64,000 nucleotides of DNA from a virus. Lineage: Duplodnaviria > Caudoviricetes. Positions within the stretch are counted from its first letter, which is position 1. Each line of letters begins with the position of its first letter. Positions 40,200 through 48,878 of the stretch are shown here, piece by piece. The position numbers and the translations under genes are program-made. The notes beneath the pieces were generated by a model that was not told where the DNA came from, did not search any database, and worked only from the letters and a program-made list of their open reading frames with translations. The stretch lies in IMG/VR virus record IMGVR_UViG_3300042256_000025. One strand, given 5' to 3'.

Positions 40200-41611
40200 C
40201 AACTAAAAAGTGTTAAATAGTGACTCTTCATATTCTATATTGGCGAATATGAGGTCACTATAATGTCTGTAATAAATGAGAAAGAGTTCAAACCTATACC
40301 TGGATACAGTCGATACCTATTGGCTAAGGATGGCCGCATCTACGATACTCTAAAAGAGCGTGAAAAGAGCTGGTACATTATCAACAGAGGTAATCCAAAA
40401 AAGAATATCAAGGGCGGTTATTACGGCACTAGGTTATATAACGATGCTGGTGTACTAGTTACGCTGCAGCGTCATAGGGCACTCTGCCTTACGTATAAAG
40501 AGCGACCGGATAAACGTGGTAACTACATTGTCAATCACATTGACGGTGTGCCTGGCAATGACAGCCTTGATAATTTAGAATGGGTAACCTACTCTGAAAA
40601 CACACAGCACGCTTACGATAATGGCCTGTATCCTAATAAGGTTAGACCCGTTATATGGAGAGACCTCGACGGCATAGATCGCCGGTACCCATCTGTTGCT
40701 AAGTTAGCCAGGGCAACGGGGTTCACGGAAGATAGGGTGCGCTCTAGATTGATGCGCACAAGTGGGAAGATCTACGAAGACGGTTTCTCGTTCAAATGGG
40801 ACGATGATAGTGAGTGGACGCTAGATGGTTCACCCTGTAAGGCTAGACTAGCAAAACGAGCTATAGTGGCGCGTGACATATTCACGGGTACCAAATATAT
40901 CTTTAGGTCAGCTAGGCAAGCCGCTCACCATATAGGGGTAACTGGCAAGGCCATACTTGAGCACCTTAAAAATGGGTCGGGAATTATACCGATTGCGGGC
41001 TATAACGTCCAATGTCTAGATAATTTAAACCCATGGCCAGCTCACTCTGATCGACATCTAGCCATTTATAGGGCACAGCCTTATAAGCCAGACCACGGTA
41101 TCGTAGCTAAAGACAGTTCAGGTAAAGAGCTCTTTTTCGAAACCAAGGCACTGGCCGCCAATTACTTCGGCATATCCGAAGAGAGTATTGCACGTAGATG
41201 TAAGAAGAGACTCACTATAGGCGACCACTCCTTCTATTATTATAGACTTGATGAACACTTAGGTCCCCCTATCCAGTAATGGATAGGTGATAATGCATCT
41301 AATTGCTGGGACGTCTTGTTAGGTCACTGCACCACGGGTACGGGGAAACCACGTATCTACGGTTTGAAAAGCAGTGGATAGAGATAATCAGCAGCGAAGT
41401 CCCTAAGGACTGTCGGGAGACAGGCTAGGGGAAACGTTCAACGACCAACCGCGACAGCGGTGTAGGGCCCAAGCGGGTGGGTTTATCCCTTAAATCGAAA
41501 TGGTGCACTTCCTACCTGATAGAGGAAGAAGATATGGTCTGGTCCCTGCGGAGACGTAGGGCGGGTGTCAGAGCACACCGGCTACAGAGTCGCGTCTGTA
41601 GTGGACAAACG
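40200..41611 (+). mobile_element. Group I self-splicing intron (1412 nt) carrying an HNH gene in the P1 loop
   Basis: Exon ends in U, intron ends in G; P (41301), Q (41386), R (41436) and S (41529) elements; P7 GACCA/TGGTC; splicing restores GWI-VTLPSEL in frame. Confidence 0.9.
40263..41279 (+). CDS. Intron-encoded NUMOD4-HNH homing endonuclease with NUMOD1-like HTH repeats
   Basis: FKPIPGYSRY, HR and VNHIDGVPGNDSLDNLEWVTYSENTQHA. Confidence 0.9.
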   Translation: MSVINEKEFKPIPGYSRYLLAKDGRIYDTLKEREKSWYIINRGNPKKNIKGGYYGTRLYNDAGVLVTLQRHRALCLTYKERPDKRGNYIVNHIDGVPGNDSLDNLEWVTYSENTQHAYDNGLYPNKVRPVIWRDLDGIDRRYPSVAKLARATGFTEDRVRSRLMRTSGKIYEDGFSFKWDDDSEWTLDGSPCKARLAKRAIVARDIFTGTKYIFRSARQAAHHIGVTGKAILEHLKNGSGIIPIAGYNVQCLDNLNPWPAHSDRHLAIYRAQPYKPDHGIVAKDSSGKELFFETKALAANYFGISEESIARRCKKRLTIGDHSFYYYRLDEHLGPPIQ

Positions 41612-41948
41612 CGTTACGCTCCCCTCTGAGTTAAACGTCGCTAAAGGGTATCCGTTTATCTCAGACATGGAAAATATCCCCTCCCGCATCTATACGCAAA
41701 TCTTTGATATTGACATCGCATCCGGGTATCCAACCTCAGGGGTAATTGCTAACATCTCAAAAGAAACCTGCCTGCGTGAAATTTGTGGGATTATGGGGCT
41801 GGACCGTAAAGAAGGACAAGACCTTCTACGCGTCACAGGCGTTAACATGACCGCCACCCGTACCAATGCCATTGAGCTCGCTCAGAGTCTCTATATGGCC
41901 CCTCCGATGGAGGACGTCTTGGCTAACTTTATGAGGGATTGCAGTTAA
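41612..41948 (+). CDS. DNA polymerase subunit, exon 2 (spliced product about 557 aa)
   Basis: VTLPS and DIDIASGYPT (PolB motif A-like DxxSxYP). Confidence 0.85.
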
Positions 41949-42005
41949 TACCTCATCATATGCAGATTACACACGCGCGTGTATAACTAATATGAGGATT
42001 ATTAA

Positions 42006-42650
42006 ATGGTTACCAAAACTACAACTAACCAACTGAACCAAACTACACCGGCTGAGAAAGAGCCAGTAGAACCAGTAGAAAAAGATACTACAGAGCCTAC
42101 TAAAAGTGAACCCGTGCAAAATCAGGTAGGTACTCAGAAGCCTATTTATCAGTCTAATGGTTCTGTAATTGATACTGATACTACACCAGTAGCTAAGGCT
42201 CCTAAGAAAACAGAAGGAGCCTCTGAGGCACTGGTAAAGGCACTTAACAATTACGTTAAGGCAATGAATCCGGTAAATCCGATTAGTATTCAGGATGGGG
42301 TACGTGAGCAGAAGCGTCTGCGCGGTGCGGTTATCAATGCGGTGGCAGAAGGCACAGATGAACAGGCCGTTAAGAATGTACAGTACATTCTGGACTTCAT
42401 CAATGCCGACACCACAGGTTGCTTCGACTTGACTGCAGTCTTCCGTTTCTACGACTCCACTGAATGGAAAGTACCGGCTGAGCGTAAAGAAATGGAAACC
42501 CTGATGACACTCTTTACTGCAACCGCCAAACAGGCTACGCGCGGTAAAGAAGCCCGTCGTCTGGACTGGGAAGCCATGGCTAAGCACATTATGCCGCTGC
42601 GGTCTAACGTGGTAATGGGCCGCCTGCGTCGCGTATACGGTATCGACTGA
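42006..42650 (+). CDS. Conserved hypothetical protein with low-complexity N-terminus
   Basis: GAGGA SD; high-expression codons; Y..AM.P motif. Confidence 0.75.
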   Translation: MVTKTTTNQLNQTTPAEKEPVEPVEKDTTEPTKSEPVQNQVGTQKPIYQSNGSVIDTDTTPVAKAPKKTEGASEALVKALNNYVKAMNPVNPISIQDGVREQKRLRGAVINAVAEGTDEQAVKNVQYILDFINADTTGCFDLTAVFRFYDSTEWKVPAERKEMETLMTLFTATAKQATRGKEARRLDWEAMAKHIMPLRSNVVMGRLRRVYGID

Positions 42651-42655
42651 TAAAC

Positions 42656-42693
42656 TATAGATTCCCTAGCCCTTCTGGGCTAGGGAATCTATA
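42656..42693. terminator. Stem-loop between convergent genes
   Basis: TATAGATTCCCTAGCCC-TTCT-GGGCTAGGGAATCTATA, 17-bp perfect stem. Confidence 0.75.
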
Positions 42694-43170
42694 TTAGTGC
42701 CAGAACGGTGCTTTATAGTAGTACCGCATTATAGCGTATCGTCCACCCGTACCGAAGTAGATGGATACGATGGATACTAAAACCGCATAGAAGATCGCAC
42801 TGTAGTGCCAAGGGTGACCCTCTCGACAGAGTACCACGATCCCAGACACGAGGACCGCAAGTCCTATAGCGATACCGATGCGGAATATACGTGCACTGCG
42901 GCGTGGGTAAAAGAGCAATGCCGGGTACATTACAAAAAAGATAGCGTGTGCCATTAGGAAATAGATATGCGTGGCACCGGGTACGTAGTTGTAATACAGG
43001 TAACTAATACCTACGGTAAAGCAACCACTTTTCACTAAACGTAGACTATTGACATAGGGGAGTATCCTCCTTTCAGTGTAATGGTCATATAAAAATAACA
43101 GTAGCCAACCTAGGCTATCAAAGAGTAAAAACCATATTGTAGCCTCTTGAGGCGTTAATAGGTAATCCAT
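42694..43170 (-). CDS. Polytopic membrane protein (about 5 TM helices)
   Basis: Five hydrophobic segments; GGAG SD. Confidence 0.7.
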   Translation of the reverse strand: MDYLLTPQEATIWFLLFDSLGWLLLFLYDHYTERRILPYVNSLRLVKSGCFTVGISYLYYNYVPGATHIYFLMAHAIFFVMYPALLFYPRRSARIFRIGIAIGLAVLVSGIVVLCREGHPWHYSAIFYAVLVSIVSIYFGTGGRYAIMRYYYKAPFWH

Positions 43171-43239
43171 TGTACTCTCCCCCGATTATAAATCCCCCAT
43201 AGACTGCTCGGGTACATACCATTTACACTGACATAGAGT

Positions 43240-43276
43240 GTCCCTCAGAGAGCCACAGAGGCTCTCTGAGAGGGAC
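43240..43276. terminator. Stem-loop after the sspB-like gene
   Basis: CTCAGAGAGCC/GGCTCTCTGAG plus GTCCC/GGGAC. Confidence 0.6.
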
Positions 43277-43278
43277 TA

Positions 43279-43866
43279 TTAATGGAGGTTAGGATCGTTT
43301 ATCTTAGCACCGGGAAAGGCTACAATCTTACCAGAGGAGGTTTTAGGGACATCAGTATCGACTGTACCGGTTACAATACCATTATCACGCTCTAACCAGG
43401 CTTGGTGAACGTCGCGACGATGTATACCCTCTTCATCTACAGCAATGAAGAGGCCTGGTCCATATCCCCCTGCGATAGTTATGGGGTGTGCAGGGTGCTC
43501 GGGTACGTAGAGTCCCGTAATGGAGAGTGGGGGAACCCAAATCGTTTCTGGCACACCGTTAAAGGCTATGTCAAACCATAGGCACATTGAGGTACCATCC
43601 CACCCGTAGTTCTTACAGGCACTAGGCGATATATTCAGGGTAATAAGTGCCATTTCACCTGCTATGCGCACAGGGCCTGGCACCTCTATTTGATTCGAGA
43701 ACAATGGCATGACAGATGCTCGGTCATCCTCTACTGACTCTACATATCCAACGCATAGTTCCATGTGGACATTACCATGCTCACACAGGAAGTTATACGC
43801 GGACTCAAATCGATCGACCGCATCATTCACAGCGTATTCGTACCATTCTACTTCCATCGTCGACAT
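43279..43866 (-). CDS. sspB: SspB-like ClpXP adaptor (stringent starvation protein B family)
   Basis: ITLNISPSAC...FDIAFNGVPETIWVP..SITGLY.PE aligns by eye with the SspB core. Confidence 0.75.
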   Translation of the reverse strand: MSTMEVEWYEYAVNDAVDRFESAYNFLCEHGNVHMELCVGYVESVEDDRASVMPLFSNQIEVPGPVRIAGEMALITLNISPSACKNYGWDGTSMCLWFDIAFNGVPETIWVPPLSITGLYVPEHPAHPITIAGGYGPGLFIAVDEEGIHRRDVHQAWLERDNGIVTGTVDTDVPKTSSGKIVAFPGAKINDPNLH

Positions 43867-43970
43867 CGTGGTTCTCCTTTATTCAGTATAAAGGATAGGG
43901 TTAGGTGGTAATAAATGAAGAAAAAAAAAGATGTACCCTGCCCCCATGAAGGGGGCAAGGACAATGCGAC

Positions 43971-45224
43971 TTACGGATTATAGGCGACGTAGAACATATT
44001 GTTCTTATATCCAACCTCGCCTCCGTTTTGGATGAAGGTTGAGAGGTGTCTTCGATAGAGGGCACCTGATACCGATTTACCCTCTGCCCAACCCTCTACC
44101 CATTGGATACCTGAGCCAATCTCTTTGTATAGACCCATTTCACGTATAAGTCGGTAAAAATCCTGACGGTGCAAATGGATGCGGTTTCTTTTATTCTCAT
44201 CCACCAAACCTTCGTCTCCAAAACTGAAGTCTTCTACCTCCTTTTCAAGTATACGGTCGCGCTCAATGTCCCCATCATAGAGACGAGCGAGTCGTTCCAG
44301 GACACGGGTATATGCGACTGCACCAGCCTCCGAGGTGGACTCAGGTCCATACGGATATACGTAGGTGTTATACGCCGCTATCTCGCCTTGTCTATATCCA
44401 TGGCGAGAGATTTCGATAATGCCAGGATATCCTAGGGACGTATCCTTTCCTTCGGGTAAGGTCGTAGTAATCGAGGGATGGACCATGACAATCCGACTGG
44501 ATTCGGTGTTATTGTTTATCTGCAATGCCAGGGGACGATAATTATCAGGCACATAGTGCACCTGATAGGGATGTAGCAGACCCACCCCTTCCAGGCACAC
44601 GCTCCATCCATAGCGCCCCTGTTTAGATTTCCAAATTAGAAACTCTTCAGATGCATCTGTAGACAGCTGTACCAACTCGCCAGTATCAGCGACCACCAAG
44701 ACGATGCAGGGTACCTTCGACATGGAGGGCTCACATGCCTTCGGTAACGGTTCAACGGGCGGCATATTGGCCGGGGCAGTATACTGCTCTGCGGGTAGAC
44801 GTTGTCCCGTCCGAGGATCTAAATATTGCTCTTTATAGCGCGGATCGAGGTAACATTGCTCCAACGTATCTGCAGCTACTACCATGCCCGTATGCGCATG
44901 GACGTAGTACAAGTGTCCATCGGTACGTCTATAGGGCCCTTGGTATTCCCCCATTGAAGCAGTACCATTGTTCTCCGGGCTATACGCGGTACGGCCATAA
45001 TACTCACTGTCCTCTGTCGGCATGGTTTTATTCAGTGCCGCTTCCCCACCGCTATAGGTAATCTGGTTAAATGCGGCATCCGTTGCAATAGTCCAAGTAG
45101 TCGCAGCGTGGGTGGGGCCATCGGTACGGTTAAACCCATACAGCCGATTGAGAATCTCAAGCTCTGTCTTCCGTGACTCACTGTCTAATGAATCAAAATA
45201 TGCAATAATATCACGAATATACAT
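43971..45224 (-). CDS. Early hypothetical protein with YLDPR repeats
   Basis: 417 aa; AAGGAGG SD. Confidence 0.75.
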   Translation of the reverse strand: MYIRDIIAYFDSLDSESRKTELEILNRLYGFNRTDGPTHAATTWTIATDAAFNQITYSGGEAALNKTMPTEDSEYYGRTAYSPENNGTASMGEYQGPYRRTDGHLYYVHAHTGMVVAADTLEQCYLDPRYKEQYLDPRTGQRLPAEQYTAPANMPPVEPLPKACEPSMSKVPCIVLVVADTGELVQLSTDASEEFLIWKSKQGRYGWSVCLEGVGLLHPYQVHYVPDNYRPLALQINNNTESSRIVMVHPSITTTLPEGKDTSLGYPGIIEISRHGYRQGEIAAYNTYVYPYGPESTSEAGAVAYTRVLERLARLYDGDIERDRILEKEVEDFSFGDEGLVDENKRNRIHLHRQDFYRLIREMGLYKEIGSGIQWVEGWAEGKSVSGALYRRHLSTFIQNGGEVGYKNNMFYVAYNP

Positions 45225-45273
45225 AGTGTACCCTCCTTAGGGCATTGGTGTACTCTATATAGCGAATGCTCAT

Positions 45274-45552
45274 TTAAACCTTATCGTAATCCCGCTCCAG
45301 CGGGTCATCCGCTAAAGCACACAGCCGCAGCGTTTGCAACATGACGTGTCCATCTGCAATTTCCCTAATAAGTGCATCCAGCTGATCCAGACGCGCAGTC
45401 GTCGTAAATTCTACCACTACGTCCGGTAAACGAGAATCCGGCACTACCCGCATTTCAAAATCGCCGTAGTCACTGCGCTTAGATTCCAATGCACTGCGAA
45501 GCTTTTCTACATCAGCGCTACACTCTGCTCGACAGGAATACGTATATTTCAT
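45274..45552 (-). CDS. Small hypothetical protein
   Basis: 92-aa ORF in the early operon. Confidence 0.7.
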   Translation of the reverse strand: MKYTYSCRAECSADVEKLRSALESKRSDYGDFEMRVVPDSRLPDVVVEFTTTARLDQLDALIREIADGHVMLQTLRLCALADDPLERDYDKV

Positions 45553-45557
45553 AACCT

Positions 45558-46115
45558 TTACCCCTTAGATTGCACATGCTGTTGTTTACGCAGGCGAAGG
45601 TATTCCACTACACCCTTAACGTCGTCCCTAGACAGAATTAACGTAAGTGGAAACGTTACTGGCCCTTCCCGTGTACTCCAAACCCCGTCCTTTAAGCTAC
45701 AGTGTAATAGCTCGGGATTCATTTCACTGTCATTCTCAAACGTAGGCACCACTCCCACCTGAGTGAGCAATGCCAGTTCATCTGCCGTATTTACCGATAA
45801 CTCATAATCGCCCACTGCGGTTACCAGTGTCTCAGGGCATGCACTGAAAACACCCAGGTTTTCAAGGATACACTCCAGCACACCCTTATTAATCGATCTA
45901 TCTTCACAATAGTAATACCCCTTCCACTTCGCTGTACTTACAATGCAGTAGGTGGACTCTACTGTAGGGATATAAAGTCCCTTATTCCACATAACCGTCT
46001 TACCCGAGTGTGTTATAGTCGTCATCTCGGTGTAACTATCACACTCGACCACCTTACCTTCTTTGCGATAGGGTAGTGTAACCGCTGCAATGCTAAAATC
46101 GTCTACATTAGACAT
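45558..46115 (-). CDS. Early hypothetical protein
   Basis: AAGGAGAG SD; early promoter upstream. Confidence 0.75.
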   Translation of the reverse strand: MSNVDDFSIAAVTLPYRKEGKVVECDSYTEMTTITHSGKTVMWNKGLYIPTVESTYCIVSTAKWKGYYYCEDRSINKGVLECILENLGVFSACPETLVTAVGDYELSVNTADELALLTQVGVVPTFENDSEMNPELLHCSLKDGVWSTREGPVTFPLTLILSRDDVKGVVEYLRLRKQQHVQSKG

Positions 46116-46149
46116 GGTGCTCTCCTTAGAGTTGGGTATAGTCCCTAAG

Positions 46150-46160
46150 GTAATATAGGT
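46150..46160 (-). promoter_or_regulatory. Early promoter (ACCTATATTAC)
   Basis: TATATTAC core about 35 nt upstream of ATG 46115. Confidence 0.75.
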
Positions 46161-46184
46161 CTACAGTCTTTATGAAAACGACAT

Positions 46185-46590
46185 ATATCCCCTACCCCTT
46201 CAATGGGGTAGAGTGTTAGTGCGGTAGTGGTCTCTAGTGTAATTACAGTATAATCTCCCTATATCCCTCTCATGGGGATATAAGGCTATACCAGTATACC
46301 TATTAGTATGGTAGTAGTAGAGGGTATGGGTAGTATACGGATAGACTCTATTACTAGTGTACTCTATAGTAGTAGTACTCTCTTAGTACATTAGTCTTAG
46401 TATAGGGTAGTAGTACACCCCTACTAGAAATAAGGAAACCCCTCCCTCCTCGCTCTATCTGTTCCGTTCATTCACTACGTTCATTCACTCCACAGCTAGG
46501 CTGCGGGGTAGGGGTACTTTTTAGTACATTATACCACAGTTGTGTGAAAATTTACTCATAATGAAAATACAACATAAAAGCCCTTACCCC
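46185..46590. other. Non-coding TAGTA-rich region with hairpins and a direct repeat; candidate replication origin
   Basis: Longest ORF-free stretch in the window; CGTTCATTCACT x2 at 46465 and 46478. Confidence 0.35.
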
Positions 46591-46591
46591 A

Positions 46592-46945
46592 CTATAGGGG
46601 TAAGGGGATATCCATGTAGGCTTTATAGTGCTCTATATCCGATAGATGCAATGCCTGAACCTGTAGTCGTCCATACTCCTCTGTCATTAATCCCCATAAC
46701 TCCATAGGGGTATAGTGCTCTACTACCCCTATATAGGGCTCTGGTAAGGCCTCGACTGAAGGCACAGAGTTAAAGTGAGGGTAGTCTACAGTCAACATGC
46801 GAAGGTACTCAAACACCTTATCCCGATAAATGGCTACCCCAGTAGAGGACTCTGGCCAAGCGACGGCTTCAAAGACACTACGCTGCACGTACATCGTAGA
46901 CTTGAGCCTTAGCTGTATTGCATCAATCTCTTCATAGGGCAGCAT
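46592..46945 (-). CDS. Hypothetical protein coupled to the upstream HNH gene
   Basis: 14-nt overlap with 46932-48761. Confidence 0.6.
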   Translation of the reverse strand: MLPYEEIDAIQLRLKSTMYVQRSVFEAVAWPESSTGVAIYRDKVFEYLRMLTVDYPHFNSVPSVEALPEPYIGVVEHYTPMELWGLMTEEYGRLQVQALHLSDIEHYKAYMDIPLPL

Positions 46946-48761
46946 TATTCTGTTTCTCCATATACTCAGTATAGGGGTATGGCTTATAGCCCGCTACACA
47001 CTCACCCCGCCTAAACCATCTAGACGCGTCTGTCTTATTCATCCCCACTACCTCACCGGCTGCTTTCTTCGTCGGATAGACGCTCACCTCACCCGATTCC
47101 ATATGCACTAAAACCGCACGCGTATCACTCTCACGCATGTACGCTAATGCCTCCTCTCGACTCGGCCACTCTACTCCACTATCCGTATATCGAAATACGT
47201 AGCCATTCATAACGTGGGTATTCTTTCGACGCAAATAGCTCTGAATACTCGCCCGACTCATCCCTAACTCCTTCGCAATCTCCGTATGTCCCTCTGCACT
47301 AATAACCTTGTCCTCCACTACATTCCACGCCTCTACCCTATGGCTTCTATTCTTAGCGAGCTCTTTAGGATTTACAATCAAATCCATACGAGGCCAAGGC
47401 TCATCCAGGTATATAAAGATGTGAGTCTTCTGCCAAGGATAAAGCTCTCGGCGCTCTAGCATACCCCAGAGTGTAGACTTATCAATCCCTAGTTGACGAC
47501 TGCACTCTAACGCACTCTCGTACACGGAGACACTGCCGTTGCGAATGTCCAGTGCCTTTACAGGACGTAAGTTACCATTACTTAGAGAATAGAAGTGCGC
47601 GTGCTCTATATTCTCGCCCTGCGTAACCCACTCTAGGTTGACGTACCGGTTATCGTCTCGGATAAGGTTAATGTGGTTAACATGAGTTTGACCCTCATGG
47701 TCAGGTTGTTTAAACGCACTGGCTACAATGCGGTGTACCCCTACCGTGCCCTTTGCGCCGGTTCTAGAGTTAAAGGTATGGACCGTCTTATAGCCATTTA
47801 TGACAGATTGTGCCTTTACCTTTCCGGTGTTTATGTCAACGACCGACTTGCCATCTGAAGAGACGACTACCCATGGATACATATCCGAAACGTAATGCCC
47901 AGGATAGTCTTTAGATTCTACCGGTTCCTTATACTGGTGAAACATTATCTCACGCGGCGTAGCCAGTCCCTCATTCTCACCGTCCCCTACCGCAGCCGCC
48001 ATTCGTTGAAATTGCATTAGCCGATCGGCTTCACTTGCCCTAGGGGACTTCGACCAATATAGATTCTCAGGTACGACGTTCAAGGGGTTACCATCAATGG
48101 GATGTACGTACACATGTGTTTCTGGTGCATCGTTAAACACATAGGCTTCAGCCACTAGTCTAAGTACGTCGATTGCCCTGCCCTGCTTTAACTCCGAATC
48201 ATAATACGTAACCCTTAACCGTTGTCCATTTTTAACTGGTGTCAACAGCTTGCCTGTCTTAAGGTTAACGATCTTACTGCCATCCCGACTAACCGCTAGA
48301 AAAGATGGGTTCTGCGCACACTGGTATCCCTCATAGCCTTCTGGCGAGGGACTAACCAAAATGCGGTGGCGGTTAACGTCATATCCTACATCCCGTCGCA
48401 CTAAAGTAACGTTCTGTTTATTGACATACTTGTTGTTAGCCCCCCACCGTAAATTAGTTAACCCGTAGTCCGCTGTATCGCCATTAATGTACGTTACCAT
48501 CGACCCCTCATGTGGCGCTTGAGGCAATAGTGTCGATGCGACTATTTTACCGACAGAACACATCCGCTTCTTCTTGTAGTCAGCGTCATAGGTGAATACA
48601 TAGTACCGACCATCCGTCACACTAATAGGTAGCTCAGTGTGATCATCTCTCCGTATAATAGACCCTGATTTAGAAACATACACCTCCGGATATACCTTTG
48701 ACTGATAGTACCCCTCTACCGGTGCCGGGGAGCCATTCCGTATAATCGACTTTTTACTCAT
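46932..48761 (-). CDS. Free-standing HNH endonuclease with three NUMOD4/HNH modules (two degenerate) and C-terminal HTH repeats
   Basis: Module 3 has VHRIVA...VNHINLIRDDNRYVNLEWVTQGENIEHA; modules 1 and 2 lack key His/Asn residues. Confidence 0.85.
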   Translation of the reverse strand: MSKKSIIRNGSPAPVEGYYQSKVYPEVYVSKSGSIIRRDDHTELPISVTDGRYYVFTYDADYKKKRMCSVGKIVASTLLPQAPHEGSMVTYINGDTADYGLTNLRWGANNKYVNKQNVTLVRRDVGYDVNRHRILVSPSPEGYEGYQCAQNPSFLAVSRDGSKIVNLKTGKLLTPVKNGQRLRVTYYDSELKQGRAIDVLRLVAEAYVFNDAPETHVYVHPIDGNPLNVVPENLYWSKSPRASEADRLMQFQRMAAAVGDGENEGLATPREIMFHQYKEPVESKDYPGHYVSDMYPWVVVSSDGKSVVDINTGKVKAQSVINGYKTVHTFNSRTGAKGTVGVHRIVASAFKQPDHEGQTHVNHINLIRDDNRYVNLEWVTQGENIEHAHFYSLSNGNLRPVKALDIRNGSVSVYESALECSRQLGIDKSTLWGMLERRELYPWQKTHIFIYLDEPWPRMDLIVNPKELAKNRSHRVEAWNVVEDKVISAEGHTEIAKELGMSRASIQSYLRRKNTHVMNGYVFRYTDSGVEWPSREEALAYMRESDTRAVLVHMESGEVSVYPTKKAAGEVVGMNKTDASRWFRRGECVAGYKPYPYTEYMEKQNNAAL

Positions 48762-48878
48762 TTCACAATCCTCAATCCTAAGTTATAGTTCTACCATAGG
48801 ATACGATCCAAATGAAATTTTACTCGAGTAATTCGAAATGTGCTCTTACCCCCGGAGAAAAAAGACTTTAATCTGGAT

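Noticed and set aside
41565-41611. GTG start of a stand-alone 127-aa ORF
   Set aside because: It lies in the 3' part of the intron; the coding part is polymerase exon 2 from 41612.
41967-42587. 206-aa minus-strand ORF
   Set aside because: Antisense shadow of 42006-42650, which has the SD and typical codon usage.
46545-48825. TGAAA(A/T)TTTACTC at 46545 and 48813 as middle promoters or a target duplication around the large HNH cassette
   Set aside because: They resemble the recalled phiKZ middle motif but point antisense with no gene downstream; too short and AT-rich to support.
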